From Schmidtea polychroa (lineage: Eukaryota), in the NCBI GenBank assembly GCA_044892525.1, contig CM097887.1, forward strand, positions 111,268,397 through 111,332,396: a stretch of DNA of 64,000 nucleotides. Direction: 5' to 3'. Of the stretch, positions 60,854 to 64,000 are shown in pieces. A program made the position numbers and the translations under genes. The notes under the pieces were generated by a model. It was given only the letters and a program-made list of their open reading frames with translations. It did not search any database and was not told the DNA's origin. Numbering within the stretch: position 1 is the stretch's first letter; each line of letters starts with the position of its first letter.

Positions 60854-61559
60854 TCGGTTTTATAATTGGTTATATTTGTCATATTTTCGAGTAATTTGAG
60901 TTCTTATTATCAGCTTATTATCAGTTAATATTATTATATTTGCATCGATTTGTGTGGATCATTTACATTTGTAACAATTGTATGATTCTGATTTGTTGCA
61001 CACACACATTGCGTAGTATAATTAGTCAATTTTTAAAAAACTCTATCTCCTAAGTTGTCTTTCACTTTATTGCTAAATAGTTTAAAAAAATTGCAAGAGT
61101 TTAAGATCTAAAAATATCAAAGAAAACGTTTGACTTTATTGAAAGTAATCTTTTATGTAGCTATGAAATTCGTTTATCTTGATTTACTTATATGACGTTG
61201 AACATTCAATATTTTATTATTTGTATTCTTTACTTTCGTTTTTCATTCTGCGGATAAATAACATGCAGCACAGAGGACAAATTATTAACAACCAAGGGTG
61301 AAAAGAGAAGACAGTGGTAAAAATTTCAGAAATTATATTTAGTGTTCAAATTTGAAGCTAGAAAAAACTAGGTAACGAAACTTTGCAATACTACTACGAA
61401 AAATTTAAAGAGAAGTCAAAGCAACGATCTCAAAAGTCAATTTAAACAAAATTTCAGCAGAAGGAACAAAACATAAATGTAAAGGAAGTTTCGATAAATC
61501 AAGTCAAGTGCAGTCAACAGAAATCAAAAGTAAAATACCACTATTTATTGTGAATGAAT

Positions 61560-62084
61560 ATGAGTTGATGAATAGATAACTCACATACACAGCCCACCCT
61601 CCTAGTATTTTAATATATGTCAACTCAATAAAACAGACTGGCAATTTGTCAATATATGCGATGAGTGATATGATTTTTTCGGTAGTAGTTGGAGTGATAT
61701 TTAATTCCCAAAAAGGAAAATTATTCAAAACATACTTCAAAATATGGTGGACGTCATATCCCTTCAAACTATGGAAAAGGCGAGGTAACTGCTTTTGAAT
61801 TTATCGGGAAACATTACAATTTCTATAGGCAGCACCGAGAAACTTAGCATTGAAATGGTGATGATCCCTGACTCTATTAATTATAAATTTCTTACAAAGA
61901 TAGAAAGTCCGGGAATTTTTGAACTCCATTCCTCAATAAAATAGAAACACCTCATAGGTTTATTAACATGTAGTTCATAATAAGGTAGGACAATGATGAC
62001 ATCAATTTCCCCTAATTTACGTAAAATTTTCAACACACAGTCATGCTTTGACAACATTGCAAGTGGATGTGGCCTTAGATCCAC
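61560..62084 (-). pseudogene. Remnant of a Polinton/Maverick-type protein-primed DNA polymerase B with an endonuclease-VII-like motif
   Basis: Minus frame RVRDHHHFNAKFLGAAYRNCN...*...LFHSLKGYDVHHILK...ITPTTTEKIIS matches the DHxHxTGxxRGAAHxxCN...FHNLKGYDxH pattern. Confidence 0.7.
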
Positions 62085-62267
62085 GTTACGTCAAACTCAC
62101 CTGTCTAAAACGATAGAAACGTGAAGCCATGAGGACACCGTTTTCCAATGCATTCCGGAACTTTTACGATAAAAGACGCACAGCAGGATGTTCAACCGGC
62201 AAAGAAAAAGGCAATGATGAGACAAAAGCTCCGATGTCGAAGAAACAAAAACTTACTCTGTTGCTGA

Positions 62268-62560
62268 ATGACTCTGAATTCCATTCGTCAGCTCACGAAT
62301 TATATTCGTGGCAGAGTTGGCGCGGTACTAAGAAGAAACTCCCATTTCCGAAACGGAGGATCCCTCATATGGTGGAAACTTAATAATTATCATTTTCCTG
62401 TCCAAAGAAATTTTGTGCAAACGATTCTTTGTATACCGGTAACATCTTTTCCGTGCGAAAAAATGTTCAGTTCTTTAGGATATATCATTAAATGAGATCA
62501 TGTCTACTTCCAGAAAATGTAAACGCTCTGGTTTGTCTACGTGACCAACTAAACTGATGC
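62268..62560 (+). pseudogene. hAT transposase C-terminal dimerisation-domain fragment
   Basis: WWKLNNYHFP...LCIPVTSFPCEKMFSSLGYII. Confidence 0.7.
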
Positions 62561-63397
62561 TTACTAAAAATGCCTGGCAGTCTGTATACTGTATAGGTTT
62601 TATAAATAAAATTAACTCTACGTTTCTTTAAGTTTCAGAAAAAACACTTGCGTCAGTGTTATAGTTTGAATTTACAACATTTTTGTATGCACTGTGAATT
62701 TAAGTCATGGATTGTTGTAGATTAGATACAAATAGTTCGATTAATCGATTAAGATTTTCTCCGATAAGTCGAAAAAAACTTTTTAATCAATATCAGCCAT
62801 AAGTAAATATAAAACTATGAAGGTACAAAAGAAAATGAGGTGTACTACTTGTGGTAGTCAATGAATTCAGAGGTTCGTCAGACCATTAGCAGTTCTTATT
62901 ACAGAGCTCATTTTTTGCAAACAGTCACACGCTAAATTGAGTGGCTTGTCGTTTGTCGACTGAAATAATTATGTGTGGTTTCTAGGGAATGTAATATATA
63001 AAAAGTGTCAAACAGATGAAATGAAATGAAGGATTCACCCCATAGGTAACCAACACATTATTTCTCTTATGTTTGATTTTTTAATTTTGAGTAATAACTA
63101 TTTTGAAACATGGAGTTCTCCAAATATTGAGTAAACATTGCGATATTTCTAGTTAGAAATGTCGCTTTAAATTGCTTTACGGAACAATAAAACAAAATAT
63201 TGCTAAATAAATTATTCGTGTTTCAAATAATTCGCATTTAATCGTTATGTACTTCAACATAAAACACTGGTCTCGTGTGTCCATCTTCAAATATCACTTC
63301 ATTTCTGGGCTAGAACTGAATTCTAGACCCAAATCTTGAAACTATGACGAAATGTGGAGACATACAACACGCATACCTAGCATTAAGTTTATATTGC

Positions 63398-63400
<3 letters not shown>

Positions 63401-63438
<38 letters not shown>
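63401..63438. repeat. (TA)n microsatellite
   Basis: Direct inspection. Confidence 0.9.
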
Positions 63439-63444
<6 letters not shown>

Positions 63445-64000
63445 GGCTGAAAACGAGAACTGAGAGTTTGTTTTAATCGATCGAAAATACCTAACCCAAA
63501 AAACCGCAAATTTGAAAATAATCTATGATCAGGATTTAATATAAAATGAATAAAATAAGTTACATCACACATTAAGAATCAATAAACCCCGTATAATAGA
63601 ATAAAGAGATAAATAAATTTGACAGAAAAATTCAACACTTAAAAATTCCGATAGGAAAATAATAAAATGTAAAATAGAATTATTTGAAAATTATTTAAAC
63701 GATATAAAAATTAAATCGTCAAAATAATAAAATTAGTTAACAGTAGGTAAATTGCAAAGTTTATAGAATTAAATGGTTAGAATTATATAACTTATTAAAT
63801 TTAAAGAATAAAAGTGTTTAAATTAATAAAAATTAAAATAACTCAAATTATTTAAATTATAAAATTTATAAAATTAAATTAAAATTAATAAAAAATTAAA
63901 TAATTAATTAATTAAATTAATGAAATTAAAATTAAATAAATAATTACACACATTCATGCATGTGTGCAAAATCAATTCAAAATTTCTCGCACTCTGATTG

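Overview
AT-rich animal (eukaryotic) genomic DNA with very short GT-AG introns (mostly 36-50 nt, flatworm-like; the host cannot be identified from sequence alone) and three short N gaps. No rRNA, tRNA or CRISPR features were seen. The host genes are MRPS33 (-) head-to-head with a multi-exon RAD54B (+), a >1250-aa low-complexity protein (-) and a 340-aa S/Q/Y-rich orphan (-). Most other sequence is transposon-derived: an intron-containing Tc1/mariner-type element with DD28E spacing, a TSD-flanked hAT carrying a nested MITE, a Buster-type hAT, an internally deleted MULE, a Helitron with a fold-back end, several MITEs and a Polinton-type PolB remnant. The most notable feature is 1-12004, which I interpret as the 3' end of a giant LTR retroelement. 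It has a tandem, intronless, same-strand accessory cassette: an ankyrin/FN3-like membrane protein, a complete TRAF, three coiled-coil proteins and a small type I membrane protein. Each visible ORF start has an AG 0-5 nt before its ATG, and the spacers are enriched in TGTAHATA motifs. The cassette is followed by a Gypsy-like hairpin and PPT-like tract, then a 4.1-kb LTR (TGTTGGGC...GCCCAACA). This LTR itself encodes a 253-aa protein under clear purifying selection, which recurs in two further diverged LTR copies in the window. gag/pol are not in the window, so the element class is inferred.
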